From contig JAVBNI010000007.1 of the NCBI GenBank assembly GCA_031551645.1, positions 3,887 through 67,886 of the forward strand: a stretch of DNA of 64,000 nucleotides, given 5' to 3'. This stretch comes from Bacteroidales bacterium. GTDB taxonomy: Bacteria; Bacteroidota; Bacteroidia; Bacteroidales; UBA4181. The notes under the pieces are model-generated. The model saw only the letters and a program-made list of their open reading frames with translations, made no database searches and had not been told where the DNA came from. Made by a program: the position numbers and the translations under genes. Shown piece after piece: positions 37,282 to 47,863 of this stretch (positions within the stretch are counted from its first letter, which is position 1; every line of letters starts with the position of its first letter).

Positions 37282-37890
37282 ATGGAATATAATACCAATC
37301 ATAAAAAATTGATTATGCCCGAGTATGGCCGTCACGTGCACATGATGGTACAGTACGCCATCCAGATAAAAGACCGCGAAGAACGCAATGTTGCTGCGCG
37401 TGCCATTATCGGCGTCATGGGCAATTTACAACCTCACTTGCGGGACATTCCCGATTTCAAACACAAATTATGGGATCATCTTTTCATCATATCTGATTTT
37501 AAATTAGATATTGATTCTCCTTATCCACCTCCTTCCATAGAAAAACTGGAAGAAAGACCCGCCATTGTCCCCTACCCGCAAGCTCATGTCAGCAAACGGC
37601 ATTACGGAAAAATCATTATCGATATGATCCGCGAAGCTGCAAAAATGGAGGATTCCGAACTAAGAAATTCGCTGGTGCAAATGATTGCCAACCAGATGAA
37701 AAAATCATATGTTGCATGGAACAGGACTGAGGTGACAAACGAACAGATCATCCGGGACATTTGGGATATTTCTGATGGGAAGATTGTTTTGAATCCCGAT
37801 TTAGTACATTTTTTTGATCCTGCTATGGAAGCACAGGCTCAGGCCTCAAAATCCAGAAGGAAAAAATTAGTGGCTTCAAGCCGTAAATAA
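37282..37890 (+). CDS. DUF4290 domain protein
   Basis: MEYNTNHKKLIMPEYGRHVHMMVQYA..DREERN. It sits directly upstream of murA, as in other Bacteroidetes by my recollection. Confidence 0.7.
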   Translation: MEYNTNHKKLIMPEYGRHVHMMVQYAIQIKDREERNVAARAIIGVMGNLQPHLRDIPDFKHKLWDHLFIISDFKLDIDSPYPPPSIEKLEERPAIVPYPQAHVSKRHYGKIIIDMIREAAKMEDSELRNSLVQMIANQMKKSYVAWNRTEVTNEQIIRDIWDISDGKIVLNPDLVHFFDPAMEAQAQASKSRRKKLVASSRK

Positions 37891-37954
37891 ATTACAATGA
37901 ATGATATGTGTAGCGTTCACACATACATTCCAACCAAATTAATTTCGATGGCCC

Positions 37955-39265
37955 ATGGCAACATTTGAAATAGAGGGAGGACGCCGGTTAGAGGGAGATT
38001 TATATCCACAAGGTGCAAAAAATGAGGCGCTACAAGTAATCTGTGCCTGTCTGCTAACCGAAGAAACGGTCGTTATCCGTAACATTCCCGGTATCAGGGA
38101 TGTAAAAATCCTCATGGATTTACTCCGTGATCTGGGTGTATCGGTCATGCAAATCGGACCTAAGGATTATGAATTTTGTGCAAAGAATGTCGATGCCGAT
38201 ATTCTCAACGATCCGGGAATACAGAAAAAAGCTGCTTCGTTGCGTGGTTCAATCATGATTATCGGACCTTTGCTTGCACGTTTCGGAAAAGGTGTCATAT
38301 CACGACCAGGTGGCGATAAGATCGGTCGCCGGCGTTTAGATACACATTTTTTCGGGTTTGAAAAATTAGGCGCTGATTTTACCTATGACGCAAACAAAGG
38401 TTGTTTCCACGTCAAAGCCAAAGAACTCAAAGGCAATTACATGCTACTGGACGAGGCTTCGGTTACGGGAACAGGCAACATCCTGATGGCTGCCGTGATG
38501 GCTAAAGGGTTCACCACCATTTATAATGCAGCATGCGAACCTTACGTCCAACAACTCTGCAGAATGTTACTGAACATGGGTGCAAAAATCAGCGGGATCG
38601 GTTCCAACCTGCTCACAATCGAAGGCGTGGATCAACTGGGAGGTTGCGAACACACGCTTTTACCCGATATGATCGAAGTAGGGAGTTTCATTGGTTTGGC
38701 CGCAATGACCGGATCAGAAATAACCATCAAGAATGTCGGTTACGAACATCTGGGCATCATTCCTCATTCGTTCGAAAGACTTGGCATACGGGTAGAACGA
38801 CGCAATGACGACATTTATATCCCGACTCATCAGCAGTACGAAATAGAGACCTTTATCGACGGTTCTATCATGACCATAGCGGACGCTATATGGCCGGGAT
38901 TGACTCCCGACCTGTTGAGTGTCTTTCTCGTGGTAGCCATACAGGCATCGGGAAGTGTACTGATACACCAAAAGATGTTCGAAAGTCGCTTGTTCTTTGT
39001 CGATAAGCTCATCGATATGGGTGCGCGTATCATCCTTTGCGATCCGCATAGGGCCACCGTCATCGGGTTAGGTAAAAAACAAAAGTTGAAAGGTATGGTG
39101 ATGGTATCGCCTGATATCCGTGCTGGCGTTGCATTGCTGATAGCCGCAATGAGCGCCGAAGGAACCAGCATTATCCACAACATCGAACAAATCGACCGCG
39201 GTTACGAAAATATTGATGAGCGCTTGAACAGAATAGGAGCGAATATCAAAAGAATAGAAGATTAA
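37955..39265 (+). CDS. murA: UDP-N-acetylglucosamine 1-carboxyvinyltransferase
   Basis: 436 aa. GAKNEALQVICA.LLT, RPGGDKIGRRRLDTH and the overall MurA pattern are present. An Asp appears in place of the fosfomycin-target Cys region (PGGDKIGRR). Confidence 0.95.
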   Translation: MATFEIEGGRRLEGDLYPQGAKNEALQVICACLLTEETVVIRNIPGIRDVKILMDLLRDLGVSVMQIGPKDYEFCAKNVDADILNDPGIQKKAASLRGSIMIIGPLLARFGKGVISRPGGDKIGRRRLDTHFFGFEKLGADFTYDANKGCFHVKAKELKGNYMLLDEASVTGTGNILMAAVMAKGFTTIYNAACEPYVQQLCRMLLNMGAKISGIGSNLLTIEGVDQLGGCEHTLLPDMIEVGSFIGLAAMTGSEITIKNVGYEHLGIIPHSFERLGIRVERRNDDIYIPTHQQYEIETFIDGSIMTIADAIWPGLTPDLLSVFLVVAIQASGSVLIHQKMFESRLFFVDKLIDMGARIILCDPHRATVIGLGKKQKLKGMVMVSPDIRAGVALLIAAMSAEGTSIIHNIEQIDRGYENIDERLNRIGANIKRIED

Positions 39266-39269
39266 GACC

Positions 39270-40280
39270 ATGAAAACAAACACCTTAAAACAAGTATTGG
39301 CGGTACTCCTTTTGGAAATATGCGTTGTATCGTGTAATCTGAAACCCACCACATTGCCCGGTTCGCAAGGAAGACAAGGTGAAGTGCTGGTTGTCATTAA
39401 CAATCATTTATGGGCTGGTGCATGTGGCGATTCCATCCGCCACTATTTTTCGTATCCGATCATGACGCTACCGGCGCCTGAGCCTATGCTGACGCTGTTA
39501 CAACAGGGCGAATTGACGAATTTCATGCAGAAATTCCACAATATCATCATGGTAACAGTAGATCCCGGTTACGAAAAAGCAACATTGGGCTACAAAAAAA
39601 ATGTTTATGCAAAGGATCAACTGATATTTAATATCAATGCCCCCTCTGCTGATTCGGTTATCAGATGTGTAGCAAAAAACAAGGATTTGATCATAGACCA
39701 ATTCCTGACCAAGGACAGGGATCGTTACATTGAATATTTTCATAAAATCGCTGACAATTCAACCATAAAAAAGCTACAGGAAAAATTCCAGGTGGATATT
39801 TGCATACCAAAAATGTTTACATTGGATGTGGAAAAGGACAATTTCGTTTGGCTGGCTCGTGAAGAAGGAGAACTGGTCATGGGGATACTGATATGGAAAG
39901 ATCCGTATACATACAAGGGATTAGTAGATCCCGACAGATTGATTGTCAGGATGAATGAAGTAACCAAGCAAAATGTTCCCGGTAAAACGCCTGATTCCTA
40001 CATGGCCGATGAACCACGGGCAATACCCGTTTTCAAGACCTTTATGAAAGACGATAATTATTGCGTACAGATTAACGGGTTGTGGCAGATGGAAAATGGT
40101 TGGATGGGCGGTCCATATGTCAACTTGAGCATGGTGGATGCCAAACGTGGCCAGATGATTACCGGGGTCGGGTTTGTATATTATCCCCGCAAGGATAAGC
40201 GCCAGTATCTTCGCGAACTGGAAGCCATTCTTTACACCATGAAGCCGACAGAAGAAAAGGGGACGCCTGCGAAGGAATAG
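39270..40280 (+). CDS. Lipoprotein, DUF4837-like (tentative)
   Basis: Lipoprotein signal ..LLEICVVSCNL. 336 aa. It starts 4 nt after murA. The family name is from memory. Confidence 0.55.
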   Translation: MKTNTLKQVLAVLLLEICVVSCNLKPTTLPGSQGRQGEVLVVINNHLWAGACGDSIRHYFSYPIMTLPAPEPMLTLLQQGELTNFMQKFHNIIMVTVDPGYEKATLGYKKNVYAKDQLIFNINAPSADSVIRCVAKNKDLIIDQFLTKDRDRYIEYFHKIADNSTIKKLQEKFQVDICIPKMFTLDVEKDNFVWLAREEGELVMGILIWKDPYTYKGLVDPDRLIVRMNEVTKQNVPGKTPDSYMADEPRAIPVFKTFMKDDNYCVQINGLWQMENGWMGGPYVNLSMVDAKRGQMITGVGFVYYPRKDKRQYLRELEAILYTMKPTEEKGTPAKE

Positions 40281-40287
40281 CTACCAA

Positions 40288-41511
40288 CTAATCCTGCCTG
40301 AACTGGTAAAAGGCAAATATCACCAGGACAAGTACCAGCAACAAAGTATTGACAAGTCGACCTTCGTACATTGCATCGCGTTCTTTCAATGAAAAACTCA
40401 ACAAGTTGGCCGATAACGATTGTGCTTCGGGCATGTCGTTGTAATGCCATTTATTCAATATGGTTCCCTTTTCGAGTAATACCAGACCCGGATTGGAGCG
40501 AATGATGGTCTTGAGCGTTATTTCATCCGTAAAACAAAAATCATAGTTCAAGCTCAATTCTGTTTTCATTTTTTCGATTTCTTCCTGTGGCGATGAAGTC
40601 AAGCAGTAGAAACGATAACCGTTTTCCTCACAGAACGCTGCTATTTCCTTAACACGGGCCAATGCCGGTTTATTGCTCTTTTTCAACCGGTGAGCCACCA
40701 GCAGGAAAGTGTAACTATCGGAAGCCAGCACTTCGTCGGTGATATCGTCGCCTTCGAGCGTTGTAATGGAAAAATCATGAATTGGCGGCGTATAACCTTT
40801 TTTGACCAATACTGACTTAGAATCTTTCCATACCCATGTAGTATCATCCCATGGGTAGTCGTTTTCAGAAAACTCTTTTACCACTCCATCTTTTTCATAA
40901 AACAGGGTTGTCTTAAATTCATCGACAGGCTTCCCCTCGGGAACGACCATTCCTTGCGGAATATCGCTTCCAACGCTATACGGGCGGAAATCGATCAACG
41001 GCAAATGACGGTAGCAATAAACAGATATTCCGACCATGACAACTGCAATACCAACTACCCAACCCCACTCGATTGCCGGACGATAGGCCAACGAGTATTT
41101 CTTCCGGTAGTAAAACACAATGATCGCCAGCAGGAGCAGGAAAATATTTTTATAGAAAGTTTGCCAGTTGGTCAATATAAGTGCATCGCCAAAACAACCA
41201 CAATCGCTGACAGGATTGGTCAATGCAAGGATAAATGTGAGAACTGTGAAGAAAACCATGAACAGCAAGGCCGCCCATCCTGTCACTTTCATCCTCAACC
41301 CCAACAGCAAAGACATCCCAATGACAAACTCGGCTGCATTTTGCAGTATTGCCAGAGTGAAAGCTGTCGGCGACAGGAACGATATACCGAACGCGGTAAA
41401 ATAATCGATAAATTTGTAAGTTGTGCCTAACGGGTCTATTCCTTTAACGAAACCCGAAAAAACGAATAAGGCCCCCAACAAAATCCGGGCAATGATAGCT
41501 ACTGTTTTCAT
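40288..41511 (-). CDS. DoxX/MauE-type membrane domain fused to a C-terminal thioredoxin-fold domain
   Basis: The N-terminus has 4-5 TM segments with the SDCGCFG motif. The C-terminal ~200-aa soluble domain shows a redoxin-like pattern but I see no CxxC. Confidence 0.65.
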   Translation of the reverse strand: MKTVAIIARILLGALFVFSGFVKGIDPLGTTYKFIDYFTAFGISFLSPTAFTLAILQNAAEFVIGMSLLLGLRMKVTGWAALLFMVFFTVLTFILALTNPVSDCGCFGDALILTNWQTFYKNIFLLLLAIIVFYYRKKYSLAYRPAIEWGWVVGIAVVMVGISVYCYRHLPLIDFRPYSVGSDIPQGMVVPEGKPVDEFKTTLFYEKDGVVKEFSENDYPWDDTTWVWKDSKSVLVKKGYTPPIHDFSITTLEGDDITDEVLASDSYTFLLVAHRLKKSNKPALARVKEIAAFCEENGYRFYCLTSSPQEEIEKMKTELSLNYDFCFTDEITLKTIIRSNPGLVLLEKGTILNKWHYNDMPEAQSLSANLLSFSLKERDAMYEGRLVNTLLLVLVLVIFAFYQFRQD

Positions 41512-41799
41512 CTTTTGAGATATTTTCAGAACTACAAAATTAGACGTTTTTCCTTAATGGTTGTTTTTATTCTCAATAAATTTGGCTGCTTATGACATAA
41601 GATACTGATATTAAGAAACAAACAATAATTCCATAAGCCATTCAATATTATTTGATAGTCTCTGGCGGAATGATGTATTGATTAATTTTCACATAATGCT
41701 TTGATCTTTTACCAATCCGTTCGTTGAACAACTGATAGGTTATTTCGATTCTTCATCGTATTTTTGCTAAAACTTTATCAAAAGCAAAACCGATTATTT

Positions 41800-43560
41800 A
41801 TGTATAGGACAAATACTTGTGGAGAATTGAATATCAGCCATACCGGACAACAGGTAACTCTGTCAGGATGGGTGCAACGCATACGCGAACTGAGTGGAAT
41901 GACCTTTGTCGATCTGCGCGACCGCTATGGTATCACGCAATTGGTTTTTACAGAAGCTGGTAATGCTACATTATATGCCGATTCGAAACAGTTGGGCCGC
42001 GAATTTGTTATCCAGGCAGAAGGTAAAGTATGCGAACGCAGCAGTAAAAACAATAAAATCCCTACCGGAGAGATCGAAATTGTGGTTGACAAGCTGATTG
42101 TTCTCAACAGCGCTGTTTTGCCACCCTTCACCATTGAGGATGATACCGACGGAGGCGACGAGCTACGTATGAAATATCGTTATTTGGATTTGCGACGTAA
42201 TGCGGTCCGCAGCAATCTTGAATTACGTCACCATATGGCCCAGGAAGTGCGTAAATATTTGGATAGCCAGCAATTCTTAGAAGTGGAAACACCGGTTTTG
42301 ATCAAATCCACGCCCGAAGGCGCCCGCGACTTTGTGGTTCCTTCGCGGATGAATGCAGGGCAATTCTATGCTTTACCCCAATCGCCACAAACATTCAAGC
42401 AAATATTGATGGTGGCGGGATTCGACCGTTATTTCCAGATTGTGAAATGTTTCCGGGACGAAGACCTGCGTGCCGACCGTCAACCGGAGTTTACACAGAT
42501 CGACTGCGAAATGTCGTTTGTAACACAGGATGATATCCTGAATACTTTTGAGGGACTTGTCAAGTATTTGTTTCAAAAGGTAAAAGGCGTCAGTTTCGAC
42601 AAGCCGTTCCTGCGCATGAGTTTCGAAGAAGCAATGAATAACTACGGCAATGACAAGCCGGACCTGCGCTTCGGCATGAAAATACATGAATTGACCTCGC
42701 TTGCCAAAGGCAAAGGATTTAGCGTATTCGATAACGCAGAATATGTCGGGGCAATCTGTGCGTCTGGTTGTTCGTCCTATACCCGGAAACAAACCGATGA
42801 ACTGACCAATTTTGTAAAACGTCCGCAAATTGGAGCTCAAGGATTGATTTATGTAAAATTCAACGAAGACGGCAGCTTACAATCGTCTGTCGACAAGTTT
42901 TTCACACCCGATCAATTGAAAGAATGGGGTAAAGTACTGGAAGCCAAACCTGGCGACCTGATGCTGGTCATGGCCGGTACCCGTAAAAAAACCTTGGGCC
43001 AGTTGAGCGAATTGCGCCTTGAAATGGGTAACCGTTGCGGATTGCGCGATAAAAATACTTTTGTTCCCTTATGGGTAGTCGATTTTCCATTGTTCGAATG
43101 GGACGATGAAACGCAACGTTTCTATGCCATGCATCACCCGTTTACTTCGCCCAAACCCGAAGACATTCCTTATTTCGAAACCGATCCGGGACGCATCAGG
43201 GCAAATGCATATGACTGCGTAGTAAATGGTGTGGAATTGGGCGGGGGTTCCATTCGTATCCATGACGAAAAATTGCAACAAACGATGTTCCGGACATTGG
43301 GCTTTACTCCCGAGCAGGCTGAATATCAATTTGGATTCTTAATGAATGCATTCAAATATGGCGCTCCTCCGCATGGAGGCATTGCTTTCGGCTTCGACCG
43401 CTTAGTGTCGATGTTTGCCGGATTAGACAGTATCCGCGATGTGATTGCGTTCCCGAAAAACAATGCCGGTCGCGACGTGATGATAGATACTCCGGCACTG
43501 ATCGCCGACGAACAGTTGCATGAATTAGGGATCAAAATTGTACCGGAAATGCAACAATAA
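41800..43560 (+). CDS. aspS: Aspartate--tRNA ligase
   Basis: [10 protein letters not shown]....G..V.L.GWV.R.R..G...[10 protein letters not shown], the [18 protein letters not shown] motif and GGGSIRIH. Confidence 0.95.
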   Translation: MYRTNTCGELNISHTGQQVTLSGWVQRIRELSGMTFVDLRDRYGITQLVFTEAGNATLYADSKQLGREFVIQAEGKVCERSSKNNKIPTGEIEIVVDKLIVLNSAVLPPFTIEDDTDGGDELRMKYRYLDLRRNAVRSNLELRHHMAQEVRKYLDSQQFLEVETPVLIKSTPEGARDFVVPSRMNAGQFYALPQSPQTFKQILMVAGFDRYFQIVKCFRDEDLRADRQPEFTQIDCEMSFVTQDDILNTFEGLVKYLFQKVKGVSFDKPFLRMSFEEAMNNYGNDKPDLRFGMKIHELTSLAKGKGFSVFDNAEYVGAICASGCSSYTRKQTDELTNFVKRPQIGAQGLIYVKFNEDGSLQSSVDKFFTPDQLKEWGKVLEAKPGDLMLVMAGTRKKTLGQLSELRLEMGNRCGLRDKNTFVPLWVVDFPLFEWDDETQRFYAMHHPFTSPKPEDIPYFETDPGRIRANAYDCVVNGVELGGGSIRIHDEKLQQTMFRTLGFTPEQAEYQFGFLMNAFKYGAPPHGGIAFGFDRLVSMFAGLDSIRDVIAFPKNNAGRDVMIDTPALIADEQLHELGIKIVPEMQQ

Positions 43561-43601
43561 GTGTAATTGGTTGACACTGTCAATCAGATAAAATTGGATT
43601 T

Positions 43602-44420
43602 ATGAAGAAAGCGATTGTTTTTATGTTGATGTTGTGCGGATTGCAATTGACAATGTACGCACAGGATATCATTATCCGTAAAGACGGTTCGGAAATATCT
43701 GCCAAAATGCTGGAAGTTAGCACAAACGAAATCAAATATAAACGTTTTGACAATCTGGAAGGGCCGGTATACAGTGAGAATAAAAACCTGATCCTCAAAA
43801 TAAAATATGCCAACGGAACAGAGGATATTTTTGTAACGGCAACTGACCCGTCCGCTCGTAACGTTGTCTGGCAGGACGTACCGCAGGTAAAGAAGCCTTC
43901 GAAAGTACGCTATTCGGGATTGGTTGAACTTTCTCCCTATCTGGGGTTTGATTACACCAACAACAGTTATCATTACCATGCCAATGGAACTTATGAATCC
44001 GTAAATGGACATTACGGCGTATCTTTTTCCACCACTCATGGCATCCAGCTTATGGACAAGTATTTTTTCGGGATAGGAATAGGCATTAATTCTAAATCGG
44101 AAGGTGAAGTGTATGTGCCGTTTTACACGACTTTCCGCTTGGATCTCTCGCCTGCACCGACACGTCCTTTTCTCAGTTTTTCGTTGGGTGCACAGTTTGG
44201 TGATTTCGATTACAACGATTATTATGATGAAGGTTATATAACCCTTGGAGTATGGGCCAATGCAATGTTCGGATATCGTTTCAAAAACAAATTATATGCA
44301 GCGATCGGTATAACCATTCAGAATGCAAACGTTTATTCGGATAGCTATCGTTATGAGTGGTATAGGGATGAAATATATGGAATGGTCGGTTTGATGGCCG
44401 GCTTTGGTATCAGATTTTAG
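43602..44420 (+). CDS. Putative outer-membrane protein, function unknown
   Basis: Signal peptide (..LTMYAQD), alternating aromatic/Gly beta-strand pattern and a terminal ..GFGIRF. Confidence 0.6.
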   Translation: MKKAIVFMLMLCGLQLTMYAQDIIIRKDGSEISAKMLEVSTNEIKYKRFDNLEGPVYSENKNLILKIKYANGTEDIFVTATDPSARNVVWQDVPQVKKPSKVRYSGLVELSPYLGFDYTNNSYHYHANGTYESVNGHYGVSFSTTHGIQLMDKYFFGIGIGINSKSEGEVYVPFYTTFRLDLSPAPTRPFLSFSLGAQFGDFDYNDYYDEGYITLGVWANAMFGYRFKNKLYAAIGITIQNANVYSDSYRYEWYRDEIYGMVGLMAGFGIRF

Positions 44421-44425
44421 CCGCT

Positions 44426-44959
44426 ATGCTTGAAAAAGACACAGTTCGCCGTGAAATGAAGCATTTGAAGGATCAACTCTCCGAAGAGGATAAGATCCGT
44501 CAAGCTGGTATTGTCTGGCAAAAAATAGAAGCAATGGAACGTTTCGTACAAGCCGGGACTGTTTTGATGTATTGGTCGATGCCTGACGAACTACCAACAC
44601 ATGATTTTATTTTATGCTGGTGTACCAAAAAAACAATTGTCCTTCCGGTAGTTGATGGCGACAGGCTACGCTTGAAATTATTCGAAGGTAAGGAGTACCT
44701 TCGCCGGAATGCAACCATGAATCTATATGAACCTCAAGGCGATGACTATCCCACGCCAAGCGAAATCGATATGGTTATTGTTCCCGGCATGGCTTTCGAC
44801 CGGCATAACCACCGTCTGGGACGCGGTAAAGGATATTACGACAAGTTGCTTCCTCGACTCAGGGCATATAGGGTAGGCGTAGGATTTGATTTCCAGTTAT
44901 TGGACAACATTCCTTTTGATGAACACGACGCTCTGATGGATGAAGTGGTTTTAAATTAA
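44426..44959 (+). CDS. 5-formyltetrahydrofolate cyclo-ligase
   Basis: 177 aa. E..T..........K.IVLPVV, D.VIVPGMAFD...HRLGRGKGYYDK.L. Confidence 0.9.
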   Translation: MLEKDTVRREMKHLKDQLSEEDKIRQAGIVWQKIEAMERFVQAGTVLMYWSMPDELPTHDFILCWCTKKTIVLPVVDGDRLRLKLFEGKEYLRRNATMNLYEPQGDDYPTPSEIDMVIVPGMAFDRHNHRLGRGKGYYDKLLPRLRAYRVGVGFDFQLLDNIPFDEHDALMDEVVLN

Positions 44960-45032
44960 GAGTTAAAAATTAAAAATTGCAACATGCATATTTTTTATTA
45001 ACTATGCATTTTCATAGCATCACTTTATAATT
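44955..45032 (+). repeat. 78-bp dispersed repeat, copy A
   Basis: 68/78 identical, without gaps, to 48804-48881 in the same orientation. Similarity continues about 11 nt further. Confidence 0.85.
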
Positions 45033-45145
45033 TACTGAACAGTGGTTATCGAGTATAAAGTTTTTGGCCTTGATGTAAGTAATTGACATCAATCTCAAAA
45101 CCACATAATAGATAATGTTCATAATAATCAAAAAATCTGTTTATT

Positions 45146-47863
45146 ATGTTCCGGAAGTTCATTTTATCATGTATCTTGGTCTGGTGTTGCCAGTTTTTAT
45201 ACTGTCAAAGCCATGTATCCGACAGTTTGATATCACGTTTCGGACGTCAATTGAATGAGTTTCCCCAGGAAAAGATACATGTACATACGGATAAGTCCCA
45301 CTATATTTCAGGGGAACGGATATGGTTCCGCGCTCATTTAGTGGATGCAGCTTCGCATGTTCCCGTAAATGCCAGCCGCTATGTCTATTTAGAACTGATC
45401 AATCCCCTCGATACTGTTGTTCAACGTGTAAAGATAAAATCCGAAGACGATGTCTACAGTGGCTATATTCCTCTGACAGAAGACTTACCCGAAGGAAACT
45501 ATAGCATCCGCGCCTACACCCATTTCATGCGCAACCTCCCCGAAGAATACTTTTTCAACAAAAGCATCCGTGTGAGCCATCCGTTGGCGGCGACAATCAA
45601 AGCTGATATTGCCTTCGCACAGGAAAAAACCAACCGAACGGCTGCGACCATAACCCTTTACAATGTAGTCACCCGGAAAAAAATCAACCCACAAAACCTG
45701 ACCATCAGGGTTGATGACAAAGTCATCGATCCCCATCAATACCGTCCGGGTAGAGACAGCATCATCCGTTTCACGCTCAACAATCGCGGAAACAACCCGC
45801 CTCGTATGATGTATTTCGAAGGCAATAAATACAAAAAATTTATCCCTGTTCCTGATTTCAGGCAAGAAGATTATACTGTTTCCTTCTATCCCGAAGGCGG
45901 CTACCTCTTGCAGGGTGCACCCTGCGTGGTTGCATTCAAAGCGCTGAAAACGGGCGGGCTATCAGAGCCGATAACCGGAAAGATAGTGGATTCCGAAGGC
46001 TACAAACTTACCGAAATTCAATCCAACCATTTGGGAATGGGAAGTTTTGCCATGATCGCCGAACCCGGTAAAACCTATTATGCGGTATGTAAAAATAATA
46101 CAGGCATCGAAAAACGTTTTACCTTACCACAAAGTCAGCCGAACACCTTTTCACTGAAAACAAGATGGGCTAATCAACGACTGTATGTATCTGTCCAAAA
46201 TTCACCCGGCATGGACAAAAACGGTTTGCATCTTCTCATCCATTCCCGGGGTATGGTCAAGTATTGCGCTACATGGGACGCTTCCAAAGAGCACATCATA
46301 TTTGAGAAAAACCTGTTCCCCTCCGGCATCCTGCAAATCTTGTTAATAGATTCGCAAATGAACATCCTGAGTGAACGATTGATATTCTGTAACAGCCATG
46401 ACAAGGGTATTACCACTTTCACTACCGATCAATCTGCATACAGGCGCAGGGATCATATCACTGCCCGTGTGAAATTAACCGGTGCGGACAATCAGCCACT
46501 ACAAGGTAATTTTTCCGTTTCCATTACCGACGATCACGACGCTGCTACAGATACCGCTACCAGTATACTCACCCGTCTGCTGTTGACTTCTGAGTTGAAA
46601 GGCCATATAGAATCTCCCGCTTATTATTTTACCGGTAGTCGCCAAGCCATAACCGACCTGGATGTGCTGATGATGACCCAGGGATGGCGGCGTTATCCCC
46701 TTCCCGATATGGTCAGGGGTAAGTATCAGTACTCGGAAAAGCCCATAGAACAGGTACAGGTGATATCAGGTACCGTCAAAAAGCTTATTTCGCAAAACAA
46801 TGTAGAAAAAAGTTTAGTCAGCATTTTTTCACACGATGGAGGCATAGCCGGAACGGTAGAAACCGACGAAAAGGGACGCTTTGCCTTTATCCTGGAAGAC
46901 GCCGATAGTACAGTATACACATTGCAGGCTTTATCCGTTAAAGGCAAAAAAAATGTTGAACTGCATGTAGATAAAGACAGTTATCCAACCGTTATGCCGT
47001 CTCCAAGGCAGAAAACCGTTTCAACGTTAACTGGCGATACGGTAGATCAAATGATCGAAGAATCCGCGTTGGAAGCTTATGTTGTCAAAGCCGACCAGCG
47101 ATGGACCATTGAAAACGGTATCCGGACGATTAATCTGGAAGAAGTGGTTATTCAGGCGCAAAGGAAAGACAACATCCCTCAAACGTCCTTTTATTTGAGA
47201 AGCCTTCAGGGGCAAATCAGAAAGACATTTGATCAGGATTTTTTTAAGACTCATCCTGTAACAAGCATGAATCAACTGATTTCTCACATGCCGGGAGTAA
47301 ATATGGAAGTAGAAAAAATTACAAATCCGGATGGAACTTATGAAGAATACGGAAGATTGGTGACCACTCGAAGCAAGTATGGTTTTTTACAATCTCTTGT
47401 CCCTATGGCTATTGTAATAGATGATGTAATCATGCCCGACGATTTTGATGCAAGAGATATTAACTTATACAATGTGGGACAAATAGATGTTATCAATGAC
47501 ATGGTACCTTCATTGGGACTCCGGGGTAATGCCGGCGCTGTTTTTATCACAACCAAAACAACAGAGCAGGGTTGGAAAGAACCTTCCTTTAACATTAAAA
47601 CCATCACTCCCCTTGGTTATCAAAAACCCATTGAGTTTTATTCACCCAAGTACGAAACCATGGAACAGAAAAACAACTATACGCCGGATTTACGCACCAC
47701 CATTTACTGGAACCCCAATGTAACCGTATCCTCCGACGGAGAAGCTATTTTCGGTTTTTATGCCGCAGATAACAACCCTACTACTTATTCTGTTATCATG
47801 GAAGGCGTTTCCGATAACGGGGTCATTTTTAGCAGTAAGGAAAAAATACATATTGTCAAATAG
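45146..47863 (+). CDS. Large secreted protein with a C-terminal TonB-receptor Plug-like region but no barrel; function unknown
   Basis: Signal peptide, 905 aa. The N-terminal beta-sandwich-like region (KIHVHTDKSHYISGERIWFRAHL) reminds me of MG2/alpha-2-macroglobulin-type repeats. The C-terminus has EEVVIQAQRK..L..MPGV. The CDS itself is solid; the function is tentative. Confidence 0.6.
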   Translation: MFRKFILSCILVWCCQFLYCQSHVSDSLISRFGRQLNEFPQEKIHVHTDKSHYISGERIWFRAHLVDAASHVPVNASRYVYLELINPLDTVVQRVKIKSEDDVYSGYIPLTEDLPEGNYSIRAYTHFMRNLPEEYFFNKSIRVSHPLAATIKADIAFAQEKTNRTAATITLYNVVTRKKINPQNLTIRVDDKVIDPHQYRPGRDSIIRFTLNNRGNNPPRMMYFEGNKYKKFIPVPDFRQEDYTVSFYPEGGYLLQGAPCVVAFKALKTGGLSEPITGKIVDSEGYKLTEIQSNHLGMGSFAMIAEPGKTYYAVCKNNTGIEKRFTLPQSQPNTFSLKTRWANQRLYVSVQNSPGMDKNGLHLLIHSRGMVKYCATWDASKEHIIFEKNLFPSGILQILLIDSQMNILSERLIFCNSHDKGITTFTTDQSAYRRRDHITARVKLTGADNQPLQGNFSVSITDDHDAATDTATSILTRLLLTSELKGHIESPAYYFTGSRQAITDLDVLMMTQGWRRYPLPDMVRGKYQYSEKPIEQVQVISGTVKKLISQNNVEKSLVSIFSHDGGIAGTVETDEKGRFAFILEDADSTVYTLQALSVKGKKNVELHVDKDSYPTVMPSPRQKTVSTLTGDTVDQMIEESALEAYVVKADQRWTIENGIRTINLEEVVIQAQRKDNIPQTSFYLRSLQGQIRKTFDQDFFKTHPVTSMNQLISHMPGVNMEVEKITNPDGTYEEYGRLVTTRSKYGFLQSLVPMAIVIDDVIMPDDFDARDINLYNVGQIDVINDMVPSLGLRGNAGAVFITTKTTEQGWKEPSFNIKTITPLGYQKPIEFYSPKYETMEQKNNYTPDLRTTIYWNPNVTVSSDGEAIFGFYAADNNPTTYSVIMEGVSDNGVIFSSKEKIHIVK

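Noticed and set aside
40954-41430. ORFs 40954-41430 and 41168-41404, antisense to the DoxX-fusion gene
   Set aside because: Shadow frames, His/Gln/Arg-rich, with no motifs.
41764-41799. 12-codon N-terminal extension of aspS ([12 protein letters not shown])
   Set aside because: It starts at a non-ATG codon inside the promoter/5' hairpin region. [10 protein letters not shown] is the conserved AspRS N-terminus.
43584-44039. Minus-strand ORFs 43580-43813 and 43584-44039
   Set aside because: They are antisense to the signal-peptide-bearing OM protein gene, with no supporting features.
47856-47863. 8-nt overlap of the convergent 905-aa gene and miaA as a regulatory feature
   Set aside because: A short convergent overlap is common and needs no special explanation. 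I note only that no terminator hairpin separates the two genes.
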